DNA of 64,000 nucleotides from an uncultured Acinetobacter sp. (GCF_947624825.1 NZ_CANQLZ010000004.1:778-64777); one strand, 5' to 3'. Positions 1 to 9,598 are shown, counted from the stretch's first letter. Program-made: numbers and translations. Notes: generated from the sequence alone by a model not told the origin.

Positions 1-70
1 TTATTACAGGTCAAGTTTTATTACAGGCAGTAGAGTGGTAAGTTAATTAATGTAGTAGTTGTATAGTGCT

Positions 71-99
71 AAAAAATCCCGCAAATGGCGGGATTTTTT
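71..99. terminator. Bidirectional intrinsic terminator downstream of yajQ
   Basis: AAAAAATCCCGC-aaatg-GCGGGATTTTTT: perfect stem flanked by A and T tracts, 3 nt from the yajQ stop. Confidence 0.85.
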
Positions 100-101
100 A
101 T

Positions 102-590
102 TTAGTCTTTAAAGTTATTAAACTGTAGTGGTACACCAAATTGTTGTTCTTTTAAGAACGCCATGATTTGTTGCAACGTATCACGCTTTTTATCCGTTAC
201 ACGGATTTTATCTCCTTGAATTGAAGATTGCGCTTTAATGCCGCTTTCTTTGATGGCTTTGTTAATTTTTTTGGCAGTGTCAGAGTCTAAACCGTCTTTG
301 AGTTTAATGACTTGCACGTAATTTTTGCCAGAAGCCGCGGCTTTTTGTGGGTCAAGGGCTTGTACGTCGACTTTACGCTTATAGAAGTGGCTTTCTAACA
401 TGTTATACACTTGCTCACACTGGAAATCACTTTCGGTTGAGATTTTAATCTCTTTCGATTTTTCGTTGAGCTCAATTGAAACGTCCTGACCACGGAAGTC
501 AAAGCGCGTTGCAATTTCTTTTTGCGTGTTTTGCACCGCGTGATTTACTTCAAATAACTCTAATTCAGATACAATGTCAAAAGAAGGCAT
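102..590 (-). CDS. yajQ: YajQ family nucleotide/cyclic-di-GMP-binding protein
   Basis: MPSFDIVSE start, RFDF, IQGDKIRVT and C-terminal PLQFNNFKD are YajQ hallmarks. Confidence 0.95.
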   Translation of the reverse strand: MPSFDIVSELELFEVNHAVQNTQKEIATRFDFRGQDVSIELNEKSKEIKISTESDFQCEQVYNMLESHFYKRKVDVQALDPQKAAASGKNYVQVIKLKDGLDSDTAKKINKAIKESGIKAQSSIQGDKIRVTDKKRDTLQQIMAFLKEQQFGVPLQFNNFKD

Positions 591-681
591 AGTTTAGACC
601 TTTACAAATGGAAAGAATATCTGAGATGCTAGGGATGTTTTCTTCATTTGCCAAGTGTTGTTTACATCAAAGGAGTGCACA

Positions 682-993
682 ATGATCCGTAAACAAGAAA
701 TTACAACATTTGAGTTCCCAGAAAATGCGGTTATCTGGGATGTTCGTGAACCAAGCTCGTATGCAGAGGGACACATTCAAGGTGCGATAAATCAGCCTAT
801 TGCCAATTTATCAGCAGAGAGCCTAGCTCAAGTGGCAGCGGATCAACCGGTTTATATTCTATGTGGTGGTGGCAGTAAAGCTCCGCGTGCAGCAGAATTA
901 TTAGAAGGTTTTGATAGTTCACGCGAATATATCGTGCTGATGGGAGGCACTCGTGCTGCTCGTGATGCAGGTCTTGCCTTAGAGCAAGATTAA
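682..993 (+). CDS. Single-domain rhodanese (sulfurtransferase)
   Basis: DVREPSSYAEGHIQGA and active loop CGGGSKA; ATG at 682 with AGGAG SD at 671-675 (track starts at 655). Confidence 0.85.
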   Translation: MIRKQEITTFEFPENAVIWDVREPSSYAEGHIQGAINQPIANLSAESLAQVAADQPVYILCGGGSKAPRAAELLEGFDSSREYIVLMGGTRAARDAGLALEQD

Positions 994-1020
994 AAAAAAG
1001 CGCCGTGAGGCGCTTTTTTT
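993..1020. terminator. Bidirectional terminator between rhodanese and mnmC
   Basis: AAAAAAAGCGCC-GTGA-GGCGCTTTTTTT; GNRA loop, convergent genes. Confidence 0.9.
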
Positions 1021-2857
1021 ATGTAGGTTTAAAATAAGGTTTTTTGGCCTTAACCTTTTTACAAAAACGCGTCACTTGCAATTTTTGACGTAATGTTTCT
1101 GGTACAGGGCAAGCTTGGTTTAAAATTTCAGCCACTAAGATCTCACTACACAATGGCGCAAACAAGAAACCTTTAGAACCTAAACCGGCAAGCGTGTAAA
1201 CCTGCTGCTGATCTTGTACTTTACCCAACAGTGGAAAGTAATCCAAACTTTGTGCACGTACTGAGGCACGACCTTGCCAAGTGTCAACTGAAGCTAAACT
1301 TTGAGCATATTGAGGTGCAACGCTATGCAGTAAGTTAAAATTATGCACATGATCTTCGGCTAATACTTCGCTGTCATCACGATTGGGGTAAAAAGAGGCA
1401 CCTACAATCAGCTGCTTTGCGTCTAACTGCATGCAATAGCCACCATAACTATAGGCTTGATCAAAAGCTAAAGTATGCTCGGTATTATTAAGCCAACTCA
1501 CTTGACCACGAATGGGTTTTAAAATGGGGTAGTTGTCAATTAAAGCTGCACTTTTAAGCGCACTACACACAATGACATGGTCAAATTCACCTAAGCAGGC
1601 TTGATCAGCATAAAGTATTGGGCGTGTATCATGTGTGATTTGTGTAATGTGAGCATGCTGAAGTTCAATGTGTGGATGCGCTAAAATTTCTTCACATAAT
1701 AGCTGTGGTGAAAGAGCAGCAGCTTGATGCAAGCTTAAACTTGCATGATCTGTAAAACCATCTTGAGTTTGGGTGCTTAAGACTTGTTCAGGATACTCCT
1801 GAGCCAGATCTAAGAGTTGTTCAGGATTTTTTAAGGCAATTTGATTGACTGCAATTGGGCGATAAGCCTTAAATTTTGCATAATGACGCATTGCGTGTTG
1901 CCACGCTAAGGTCATGAGATGTTCATGCGCTTGGTCAATCGGAGACAGTTTGGGATTAAGTAATGCCAAAGGATTACCTGAGGCGCCGCTTAATGCCGCA
2001 GTTGCTTCAAAGATGCTAACGGCATGCCCACGTTGGGCAAACGCCCATGCTGTGCTTAAACCTGCAATCCCTGCACCTACCACAGCAATACGCCGTGAGG
2101 TGGCAAGCGGTTTTTGTGTATCTTCTGTTGCAGGCCAAATGCCTTTGAGCATTTCGCGTTTGTGTTTAAAACCGCGTGGTCGTGAAATTTCAATACCATG
2201 CTGCTTAAGACCACGTTTAAGTACGCCTGCAACACTAAATGAAGCGAAGGTTGTGCCTATATTGGATAAACGCACAAGATTGCTTAAAACTTTATCTTCC
2301 CACATATCAGGATTGCAAGAAGGCGCAAAGCCATCTAAAAACCATGCATGCACTTGATGGGTTTTAGGGATGACCGGAAAAACGTCATGCGCGTCGCCGA
2401 GCCACAAATCTAAGCTAAAACGCTCATTGGGAAAGTTTAAACGATGACAACCTGCAATTGGCAGGGGATACTGCGCCATGAGTTGCTCAGCCAAAGGTGC
2501 AAGTTCTGGCCATGCTTTTAAAGCACGTTCTAAATCAGTTTTTGTGAGAGGAAATTTTTCCACTGAAATGGCATGCAAGTGACTGTTGTTGCTTGGGCGC
2601 ACCTGTTGCCACAATTGCCACAGTGCCAAGATATTTAAGCCCGTACCAAAACCGGTTTCACCAATACAAAAATAATCATGCGCTTGTAGTGCACTTAGGC
2701 GTTGGCTTAAATCATTGCCATTTAAAAACACATGCCGTGTTTCAAGTAAGCCATTATCTTTAGAAAAATAGACATCGCCAAATTGTTTAGACACAGGGAT
2801 TTCGATCCCGTCGACCAATTGCCAATCAAGATCGGCTGTTACAATGCTGTATGACAC
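1019..2857 (-). CDS. mnmC: Bifunctional tRNA mnm5s2U34 methyltransferase / FAD-dependent oxidoreductase
   Basis: FGDVYFS, ETGFGTGLN, WFLDGFAP in the MTase domain; GAGIAG FAD motif; KPIRGQV; GLGSKG. Confidence 0.95.
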   Translation of the reverse strand: MSYSIVTADLDWQLVDGIEIPVSKQFGDVYFSKDNGLLETRHVFLNGNDLSQRLSALQAHDYFCIGETGFGTGLNILALWQLWQQVRPSNNSHLHAISVEKFPLTKTDLERALKAWPELAPLAEQLMAQYPLPIAGCHRLNFPNERFSLDLWLGDAHDVFPVIPKTHQVHAWFLDGFAPSCNPDMWEDKVLSNLVRLSNIGTTFASFSVAGVLKRGLKQHGIEISRPRGFKHKREMLKGIWPATEDTQKPLATSRRIAVVGAGIAGLSTAWAFAQRGHAVSIFEATAALSGASGNPLALLNPKLSPIDQAHEHLMTLAWQHAMRHYAKFKAYRPIAVNQIALKNPEQLLDLAQEYPEQVLSTQTQDGFTDHASLSLHQAAALSPQLLCEEILAHPHIELQHAHITQITHDTRPILYADQACLGEFDHVIVCSALKSAALIDNYPILKPIRGQVSWLNNTEHTLAFDQAYSYGGYCMQLDAKQLIVGASFYPNRDDSEVLAEDHVHNFNLLHSVAPQYAQSLASVDTWQGRASVRAQSLDYFPLLGKVQDQQQVYTLAGLGSKGFLFAPLCSEILVAEILNQACPVPETLRQKLQVTRFCKKVKAKKPYFKPT

Positions 2858-2891
2858 AAGCAGCGTTTCCTCATCAAAACCTAAAAAAGAT

Positions 2892-3365
2892 TTACCACTG
2901 ACGACGGCGTTTATTATAGATATAGCCTGCCAATAAAAAGCCTAAAACTACGCCGACCACCACGGTTACTGCACCATATAAAAACATTTGCGCGCTACGT
3001 TCAGCTTGTAAAACCTGTAACTGTACGCCTAGGTTATCATTTTTAAGTTGTAGTTCTTGGTTTTGGGCTAAGGCTTGTAAATTGGCACGTTCAAGTTGCT
3101 GTAAACGTGTTTCTTGATCTTTCACTAAGGCTTTAACAGCCGCTTCTTGTTGTGCTTTGCTTTTACTGGTATCTAGGCTAGGTTTGCCTGTGATTGGGGT
3201 ATTTGTACCTATAGGCGGCGTAGTGGGGCGCGTGGCCGGTAAAGTTACCGGTGGGGTTGCGGTCGTCGTGGCGCTATCTGTGCTTGGCACAGCAGAGGGT
3301 GTTTCTAGCGCCCATGTAAAAGAGCTTAATAAACAAAGGGTAATTACACCACAGACGACACGCAT
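2892..3365 (-). CDS. Exported/membrane-anchored hypothetical protein (Thr/Pro linker, coiled coil, C-terminal TM)
   Basis: Signal peptide, T/P-rich stretch, Q/L heptads, then FLYGAVTVVVGVVLGFLL...RRRQW tail resembling the YgiM/TIGR04211 C-terminus. Confidence 0.7.
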   Translation of the reverse strand: MRVVCGVITLCLLSSFTWALETPSAVPSTDSATTTATPPVTLPATRPTTPPIGTNTPITGKPSLDTSKSKAQQEAAVKALVKDQETRLQQLERANLQALAQNQELQLKNDNLGVQLQVLQAERSAQMFLYGAVTVVVGVVLGFLLAGYIYNKRRRQW

Positions 3366-3371
3366 AAGACC

Positions 3372-3674
3372 TTATCCTTTAGGGAATGCTTTATTAAATG
3401 GCTTTACGTCAATATGGGCGTAAACACCTTCACGTAAAAATGGCTCTTCGGCTAACCATGCATCCAATGCTTCACGGCTATCAAAGTCCACTATAATGGT
3501 ACTACCATAAAAACCTGCTTGTAGATTGCTGGGGTCTTTTGGCATCGCACCAGCCACAATTAAACGACCCTCATCGTCTAATTGTTGTAAACGCGCAATA
3601 TGTTCAGGGCGTGTGGCAAGACGTTTTTCTAAGCTGTCTTCTTGATCTGTACAGCTCACGACAAACAATGGCAT
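3372..3674 (-). CDS. yciI: YciI family protein
   Basis: RLATRPEHIARL, GRLIVAG, GSTIIVDF, EPF..GVY; adjacent to yciB as in enterics. Confidence 0.9.
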   Translation of the reverse strand: MPLFVVSCTDQEDSLEKRLATRPEHIARLQQLDDEGRLIVAGAMPKDPSNLQAGFYGSTIIVDFDSREALDAWLAEEPFLREGVYAHIDVKPFNKAFPKG

Positions 3675-3694
3675 GTGATGTCTCCAAAGAGTGA

Positions 3695-4306
3695 TTATGT
3701 AGACGATTTAAAGTATTTACGTAACAGAATAAACTGCGCAATGATAAAGGAAAACATCACAATCATGTCACCAAATGCGGTGAATTCACCCCAATATTTG
3801 CCATCTAAAAATAAATAGGCAAAGAAACAATGTAAAAACGACATTAAGGCGAACATTGCAGCCCATGCGTAGTTGAGTTTCATCCAAGCTTGAGCGCTTA
3901 AATCAAACACAGGACCAAACAGACGTTGAATTAGTGGGCGACGATCCTTCATAAAAAACGGCGACAATAAGAACGCACCAGCAAAGACTAAGTTGAGCAA
4001 TACCGCTTTTAAACGAATATAAAAATCGTCGCTGAGGATTAAGGTCACACCACCAAAAATCACCGTCATAAACAACACAATCCATTGCTGTTTATCAAGG
4101 CGGAATTTTTGCATCACAAACATAACACCGTACACCACCAACATGGACAGGATTAAGCCGGTGGTTGCCACCAAAATATTGTTGTTATCCACACCGCCTG
4201 CAGAACCAATCAATTGTAATAGCGGGTGTTGGGTATCATTAGGTTCGACGGTTTTATATAAATAAAAGAAAATAATGAGGGGCACAAAGTCTAAAAGTGC
4301 TTTCAT
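3695..4306 (-). CDS. yciB: Inner membrane-spanning protein YciB (intracellular septation protein A)
   Basis: MKALLDFVPLIIFF, FGGVTL, FYIRLKAVL, LNYAWA, W..F..FG; likely ATG at 4306 (track starts at 4411). Confidence 0.9.
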   Translation of the reverse strand: MKALLDFVPLIIFFYLYKTVEPNDTQHPLLQLIGSAGGVDNNNILVATTGLILSMLVVYGVMFVMQKFRLDKQQWIVLFMTVIFGGVTLILSDDFYIRLKAVLLNLVFAGAFLLSPFFMKDRRPLIQRLFGPVFDLSAQAWMKLNYAWAAMFALMSFLHCFFAYLFLDGKYWGEFTAFGDMIVMFSFIIAQFILLRKYFKSST

Positions 4307-4353
4307 GTTAGAGTATCTAAATCTGAGCAAATGAATGAAATGTAGTATAAGTG

Positions 4354-5211
4354 ATGGAAGGCGTAGATTTACATACACACAGTAATATTTCTGATGGAAC
4401 TTTGTCACCATCTGAGCTGGTTCATGCCGCCCTAGAAAAAGGCATTCATACCTTGGCGCTCACTGATCATGACACCATGGATGGCATTGTTTTGGCTGAA
4501 CAAGCGGCACTCAGTTTAGATCAGCCGTTAAAGATTATTTCAGGCGTTGAAATTTCTAGTCAATGGTCACGACCTGCTACCAAAAAAAGCTATAGCGTGC
4601 ATATTGTGGCGCTCAATATGCAACAGCCTGAACCCTTAAATGTGATGCTTGAACAACAAAAAATCATTCGTGCCCAGCGTGCTAAACAGATTTGTGATTT
4701 ACTGGTGCCTTTAATTGGGCAAGATATTTATGCTGATGTTTTAGCTAAAGTCGATGGGGTTGCTGATCGGGTCACGCGTAGTCATATTGCGCAAACTTTA
4801 GTGGATAAAGGGATTGTGAGTCGTGCGCAACAGGCCTTTGATAAATACATTAAAGAAGGCAAAAAAGCCTATGTTAAATTTGATGGTTTGGGTTTAGAAG
4901 AAACTATTGATGTGATTCATGCCGCAGGTGGTTTTGCCGTGTTGGCGCATCCGACTCGCTATGACTTATCTGCCACCAATATTCGTTATTTGATTGAAAT
5001 TTTTGCTAAATTTGGTGGCGACGCTGTTGAGTTGCCGCCTGCAATTGAACCGGCGTCTACACGGCAAATGGTGGATCGTATGATTGCCGAGTTTGATTTA
5101 AAAGTTTCGGTGGGTAGTGATTTTCATGGTGCTAATATGCCGTGGATTAAACTGGGTCATATTCCACGGCTTAAAGATGGGCAAGTTGGAATTTGGGAAA
5201 GCTTTGTGTAA
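4354..5211 (+). CDS. PHP-domain metal-dependent phosphoesterase (YciV/TrpH-like)
   Basis: DLHTHSNISDG, LTDHDT, GVEISS, LAHP, GSDFHG motifs. Confidence 0.9.
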   Translation: MEGVDLHTHSNISDGTLSPSELVHAALEKGIHTLALTDHDTMDGIVLAEQAALSLDQPLKIISGVEISSQWSRPATKKSYSVHIVALNMQQPEPLNVMLEQQKIIRAQRAKQICDLLVPLIGQDIYADVLAKVDGVADRVTRSHIAQTLVDKGIVSRAQQAFDKYIKEGKKAYVKFDGLGLEETIDVIHAAGGFAVLAHPTRYDLSATNIRYLIEIFAKFGGDAVELPPAIEPASTRQMVDRMIAEFDLKVSVGSDFHGANMPWIKLGHIPRLKDGQVGIWESFV

Positions 5212-5221
5212 TTAAGCCCGA

Positions 5222-6169
5222 TTAAAGTAAGTTGTGATCTTGGGCTTGAATTGGCGGTGGCGTCGGTTTACCTAAGGTGCCAAGTAATTCAATTTCAATG
5301 GTACGCACCATGGCATCTAGTGGTAAGTCATTGCTTTGGGTGCCAAAAGGTTCTTCAATTTCGGTACTTAAAGCATCTAAGCCTAAAAATGTATAGGCCA
5401 AAATACCCACCAATAAAGGTGTGGCTAAACCAATGGTCGAGCCTAAACTAAATGGCAATAAAAAACAGAAAAAATACACGGTGCGATTGAGTAACACAGA
5501 ATAAGCAAAAGGCACAGGGGTGGTGGCAATACGATCACAGCCAGTTTGCACAATGCTTAGTTCCATGACGTGTTGATTCATTTGACCATAAATAATGTCG
5601 GAAATTTCACCTTCTTTAAGGGCTTGCATCAATTCCCATTGAATTAAACTTAAAGTGTATTGTGGTGCATTGACTTGTTGGTACAGCTGTTTAATGGCTT
5701 GTTGGCTCATACCACTGGTTTCGACCAATGCCATCGGATTGGCAGTTTGGTGGCGCAAACGATCACGTAATACGTTGGCAAATAAAATCACATGCTGAAT
5801 GACCCGTTCACGGCGCCCCTGACTGAGCATACGACAATCACGGTCAAAGTGGCGCGCATTGGCAATTAAAATGCCCCATAACTTGCGCGCTTCCCACCAA
5901 CGGTCATAGCACGCACTGTTTTTAAAGCCTAAGAAAATAGACAGTGCCACACCAATTAAGGTAAAGCCGGCTAAGGGTAATTCGGGAAAATGAAAATAAC
6001 CACTATAAGAGAGTCCACCCACAATCGCTGAGATCAGCATCACAATCCCCAAAGGCGGCAGGACTTTAGGTAAGATTGTGCCGCGCCATGAAAATAGCAG
6101 CTTAAAAATGTTCATTTGCTCGCGGACAATCATGAGGCAATATCGTGACAAGGGTGTATTGATCTTCAA
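5222..6169 (-). CDS. Bestrophin-family (YneE-like) anion channel
   Basis: FLGFKNSACYDRWWEARKLWG, RIATTPVPFAY, EIEEPFG. Confidence 0.9.
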   Translation of the reverse strand: MKINTPLSRYCLMIVREQMNIFKLLFSWRGTILPKVLPPLGIVMLISAIVGGLSYSGYFHFPELPLAGFTLIGVALSIFLGFKNSACYDRWWEARKLWGILIANARHFDRDCRMLSQGRRERVIQHVILFANVLRDRLRHQTANPMALVETSGMSQQAIKQLYQQVNAPQYTLSLIQWELMQALKEGEISDIIYGQMNQHVMELSIVQTGCDRIATTPVPFAYSVLLNRTVYFFCFLLPFSLGSTIGLATPLLVGILAYTFLGLDALSTEIEEPFGTQSNDLPLDAMVRTIEIELLGTLGKPTPPPIQAQDHNLL

Positions 6170-6225
6170 TATTTCTCAATTTTTTGTCAATAGATATGCG
6201 CCTAATTAATCAGGGAAACAAGCAA

Positions 6226-6909
6226 TTACAGCAATTGATGTTCGGCAAATGAAAAACTGCTGTCACGGGCAATAATACAATGATCAATCAGTTGAATTTC
6301 TACCAAAGCACATGCGCTTTGAATCTGTTGAGTTAAAGTCAGGTCGGCCTTGGAGGCACAGGCTTGGGCAAAAGGATGATTATGTGCAATCACCAGATGT
6401 GTGGCATGCTGAGAAATGGCAAAGCGTAAAATTTGATTGATGGAAATAGCACAGGAATTTAAGCCACCAAAGAATAGCTTTTTAAAAGCAAGATGGCGTA
6501 ATTGAGCATCTAAACACAGTACAGCAAAAACTTCACGGGTTTCGTCTAACAGTTCAAAGCGTAAGTACTCTAATAAACTGCTTGAATCGTGAAGATGGAT
6601 GGGTTGTTGCTGCAATTGCTGTGTAATATAGCGTTTACCGAGTTCTTTGACCGCCATGAGTTGGGTATATTTACTCGGTCCAATGCCATGTAGCTGTGAT
6701 AGTTGTTCAAGGTCGGCATTTAAAATATGGCTTAAATCACCAAAATGCTGTAACAAATGTCGGGCTAACTCAACTGCTGAGCAGCCATGAGTGCCTGAGC
6801 GTAAAAAAATCGCCAACAGTTCTGCATCGGATAAGCTTGATGCACCATATAAAATCAAGCGTTCGCGTGGCCGCTCCTGCTGTGGCCAGTCTTTAATCGT
6901 ATTTTTCAT
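6226..6909 (-). CDS. radC: RadC/JAB-domain protein
   Basis: ERPRERL, LSDAELLAIFL, GIG HhH, HNHP...S..D...DH; divergent from coaBC as in many gammaproteobacteria; likely ATG at 6909. Confidence 0.9.
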   Translation of the reverse strand: MKNTIKDWPQQERPRERLILYGASSLSDAELLAIFLRSGTHGCSAVELARHLLQHFGDLSHILNADLEQLSQLHGIGPSKYTQLMAVKELGKRYITQQLQQQPIHLHDSSSLLEYLRFELLDETREVFAVLCLDAQLRHLAFKKLFFGGLNSCAISINQILRFAISQHATHLVIAHNHPFAQACASKADLTLTQQIQSACALVEIQLIDHCIIARDSSFSFAEHQLL

Positions 6910-7021
6910 TTTATTGTACTTCTTTGGTCTTAGATGTTGAGCACCCAAGAGTGCAGTCACTTGGGTGTTAGATTATTTAATGCTATTGTGAGCGCCACTG
7001 CAACACAAAGGTAGCCGGTGC

Positions 7022-8302
7022 GTGAGCTTTGATCTACGTGTAATTTCAAATAAAAATATTCTATTGGCGGTCACAGGCGGCATTGCTGCATATAAGATCG
7101 CAATTTTGGTTCGTCGTTTAAAAGATGCCGGATTTAGTGTTCGTGTGGTGATGACCGAAGGTGCACAAGCCTTTATTACGCCTTTAACTTTTCAAGCCTT
7201 ATCTGGTAATCCCGTACATACCCAATTGCTTAACCCTGAAGCTGAAGCTGGTATGGGGCATATTGAATTGGCACGTTGGGCAGATTTATTGCTGGTTGCG
7301 CCGGCAAGCTGCGATAGCTTAGCCAAGTTTGCTGCTGGTTTGGCTGATGATTTACTCTCGACTTTATATTTGGCCACCAAAGCCCCAGTTTGGGTGGCAC
7401 CTGCTATGAATCAGCAGATGTGGGCGGCTAAAGCTACGCAACGTAATTTGCAAACTTTAATAGAAGATGGCGTGCATGTCATTATGCCGGATGCTGGTTC
7501 GCAAGCTTGTGGCGATGTAGGCCTAGGTCGTATGCCTGAGCCGGAAGATTTAGCCCACCAAGTCACGGCTTATTTTCATCAAGCGCAACGTGAGATTGCC
7601 GAAAAATTTGGGTTGTTGGCCGGAAAGCATGTGGTGATTACCGCAGGACCAACCCGTGAGGCGATTGATCCGGTGCGTTATATTTCCAATCACAGCACTG
7701 GTAAAATGGGCTTTGCCTTGGCTGCTGCTTGCTATGCTGCTGGTGCTAAAGTAACTTTAATTGCAGGGCCGGTGAGTTTAGATACACCAAATGGTGTGGC
7801 GCGTATAAATGTGCATTCAGCGCAAAAAATGCTTGAGGTCAGTTTAGAGCTGTTAGAGCAAGGTTGTGATATTTTTATTGCCACCGCTGCGGTTGCCGAT
7901 TATCGCGTGGCAGAAGTGGCCGAACATAAAATTAAAAAATCAGGCGATGAACTGCAAATTGCCTTGATTAAAAACCCTGATATTGTCGCTACCATTGCCC
8001 AACAAGCCAAACGTCCATTTATGGTCGGCTTTGCCGCAGAAACACGTCATGTGGAAGAATATGCAGCCGGTAAGTTGGTCGCAAAAAAACTAGATATGAT
8101 TGCCTGTAATGATGTTTCACGTAGCGATATTGGTTTTGCTTCTGATGAAAATGCCATGACGGTCTTTTTTGCCCAAAACTACCAAATGCCAAAACGTGAT
8201 TTAGAAAAAGCCTCCAAACAAGAGATTGCACAGCAATTGGTTGAAGCTATGCATGATGCGCTGCATCATCTAGATCAAAAAAAAGCCCCTTTTGCCGATT
8301 AA
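7022..8302 (+). CDS. coaBC: Phosphopantothenoylcysteine decarboxylase/synthase
   Basis: VTGGIAAYK, HIELARWAD, APAMN, ITAGPTREAIDPVRYISNHSTGKMG. Confidence 0.97.
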   Translation: MSFDLRVISNKNILLAVTGGIAAYKIAILVRRLKDAGFSVRVVMTEGAQAFITPLTFQALSGNPVHTQLLNPEAEAGMGHIELARWADLLLVAPASCDSLAKFAAGLADDLLSTLYLATKAPVWVAPAMNQQMWAAKATQRNLQTLIEDGVHVIMPDAGSQACGDVGLGRMPEPEDLAHQVTAYFHQAQREIAEKFGLLAGKHVVITAGPTREAIDPVRYISNHSTGKMGFALAAACYAAGAKVTLIAGPVSLDTPNGVARINVHSAQKMLEVSLELLEQGCDIFIATAAVADYRVAEVAEHKIKKSGDELQIALIKNPDIVATIAQQAKRPFMVGFAAETRHVEEYAAGKLVAKKLDMIACNDVSRSDIGFASDENAMTVFFAQNYQMPKRDLEKASKQEIAQQLVEAMHDALHHLDQKKAPFAD

Positions 8303-8312
8303 AGACTTAAAT

Positions 8313-8339
8313 AAAAGCCCGCAAGTGCGGGCTTTTTTT
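8313..8339. terminator. Bidirectional terminator between coaBC and secB
   Basis: AAAAGCCCGC-aagt-GCGGGCTTTTTTT. Confidence 0.85.
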
Positions 8340-8347
8340 AGCTTAAT

Positions 8348-8797
8348 TTAAGCTTGACCTTCAGCTGCCGCTTGCGCGCGCTCTAAGTTTGCTTCAAATT
8401 CTGCATCAAAGTTAATTGGCGTTAACAATAATTGCGGGAAGCTGCCTTTAGTGACCATGTCATTTACTGCTTCACGTAAAAACGGGAATAAAATGTTCGG
8501 GCAGTATGCACCGAGTAAATAAGGCAGACGTTCTTCTTCTACGCCATCAATCAAGAAAATACCCGATTGTGTTACATCTACGATAAATGCAGTTTCGCCT
8601 TGGTTATTGGCTTGAACAACAACTTTTAAAGACACTTCAAAATGCGTCGGGTCAATTTTCTCAGCAGAAGATGACAAGTTTACATTCAGTTCTGGTTCCC
8701 ACGCTTTGGTAAATACAGCAGCGCTTGGTACTTCAAATGAGATATCTTTGCTATATAAACGTTCTAAAGCAAGTTGCGGTTGTTGTTGTTCGCTCAT
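8348..8797 (-). CDS. secB: Protein-export chaperone SecB
   Basis: [37 protein letters not shown]. Confidence 0.97.
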   Translation of the reverse strand: MSEQQQPQLALERLYSKDISFEVPSAAVFTKAWEPELNVNLSSSAEKIDPTHFEVSLKVVVQANNQGETAFIVDVTQSGIFLIDGVEEERLPYLLGAYCPNILFPFLREAVNDMVTKGSFPQLLLTPINFDAEFEANLERAQAAAEGQA

Positions 8798-8824
8798 GAT
8801 TTAATCCTTAAAAATAAATGAAAA

Positions 8825-9079
8825 TTATGCCAATAATTCGTCAAGTTTACCTTCACGATCAAGCGCATACAGTTGGTCAAAACCACCAATAAACTGATCG
8901 TTAATGAAAATTTGCGGCACAGTACGATGATTGGTACGCTGCATTAGTTCTACGCGTACTTCTGGTGCTTCTTTAGACAAATTAATTTCTTTATATGCAA
9001 CGCCTTTACGCTCAAGGAGCTGTTTTGCGCGGACGCAGTAAGGGCATACAGTTGTTGAGTAAATTGTGACTTCAGCCAT
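8825..9079 (-). CDS. grxC: Glutaredoxin 3
   Basis: CPYC active site, TVPQIFI, IGGFD; ATG at 9079. Confidence 0.95.
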   Translation of the reverse strand: MAEVTIYSTTVCPYCVRAKQLLERKGVAYKEINLSKEAPEVRVELMQRTNHRTVPQIFINDQFIGGFDQLYALDREGKLDELLA

Positions 9080-9095
9080 GCTGTTCTCCTTGGAG

Positions 9096-9503
9096 TTATT
9101 TTGCTTTAACCAATGGCAAGCCTTGCGCTTTCCAATTGCTAATTCCACCGTCTAAGCGGTAAGCGTCATTGTGACCCACTTGTTGTAAGGCTGTACCTGC
9201 CACTTGACCTAAATTACAGATAAACACCAATGGGCGCTCAGCTGCTTTTAATTCTTCAATGTGACTTGTGAGTTTGCTGTAAGGAATATTACGGCTGCCA
9301 CTGACGTGGCCTTCACGGAAATCTTTGGCATCACGTAAATCAATCAACATGGCATTTTGTGCTTTGACTAAAATACCTAAAGATTGAGCCGAGATTTTGC
9401 GACCGCCACGTTTGCCTTCAATCACGAAGAACAACACCAACAGTACCGCAAGGGCACCAAACAAGAAGGGGTGATTCCCCATAAATTCGAACCAACGTTC
9501 CAC
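9096..9503 (-). CDS. Membrane-anchored rhodanese-like protein (YibN-like)
   Basis: N-terminal TM helix, IDLR...F..GH, LDGGISNW; first gene of the yibN-grxC-secB arrangement. Confidence 0.9.
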   Translation of the reverse strand: MERWFEFMGNHPFLFGALAVLLVLFFVIEGKRGGRKISAQSLGILVKAQNAMLIDLRDAKDFREGHVSGSRNIPYSKLTSHIEELKAAERPLVFICNLGQVAGTALQQVGHNDAYRLDGGISNWKAQGLPLVKAK

Positions 9504-9551
9504 AAGTCACCTAAATTAAAAATATAAATTGCCCAAAGTATAGCTGATTAG

Positions 9552-9579
9552 ATATGGTGATCAAACTCAGCGCTTCAAG
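9552..9579 (-). promoter_or_regulatory. Putative sigma32 (RpoH) promoter for rhodanese-grxC-secB
   Basis: Minus strand CTTGAA-14nt-CACCATAT, close to the consensus CTTGAAA-N13-17-CCCCATNT. Confidence 0.55.
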
Positions 9580-9598
9580 CTAAAAGTTGATGTTGGCA

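Noticed and set aside
28-70. DnaA-trio-like GTAG/TAG runs suggesting oriC
   Set aside because: No DnaA box nearby, the runs are short, and the gene context is not origin-like.
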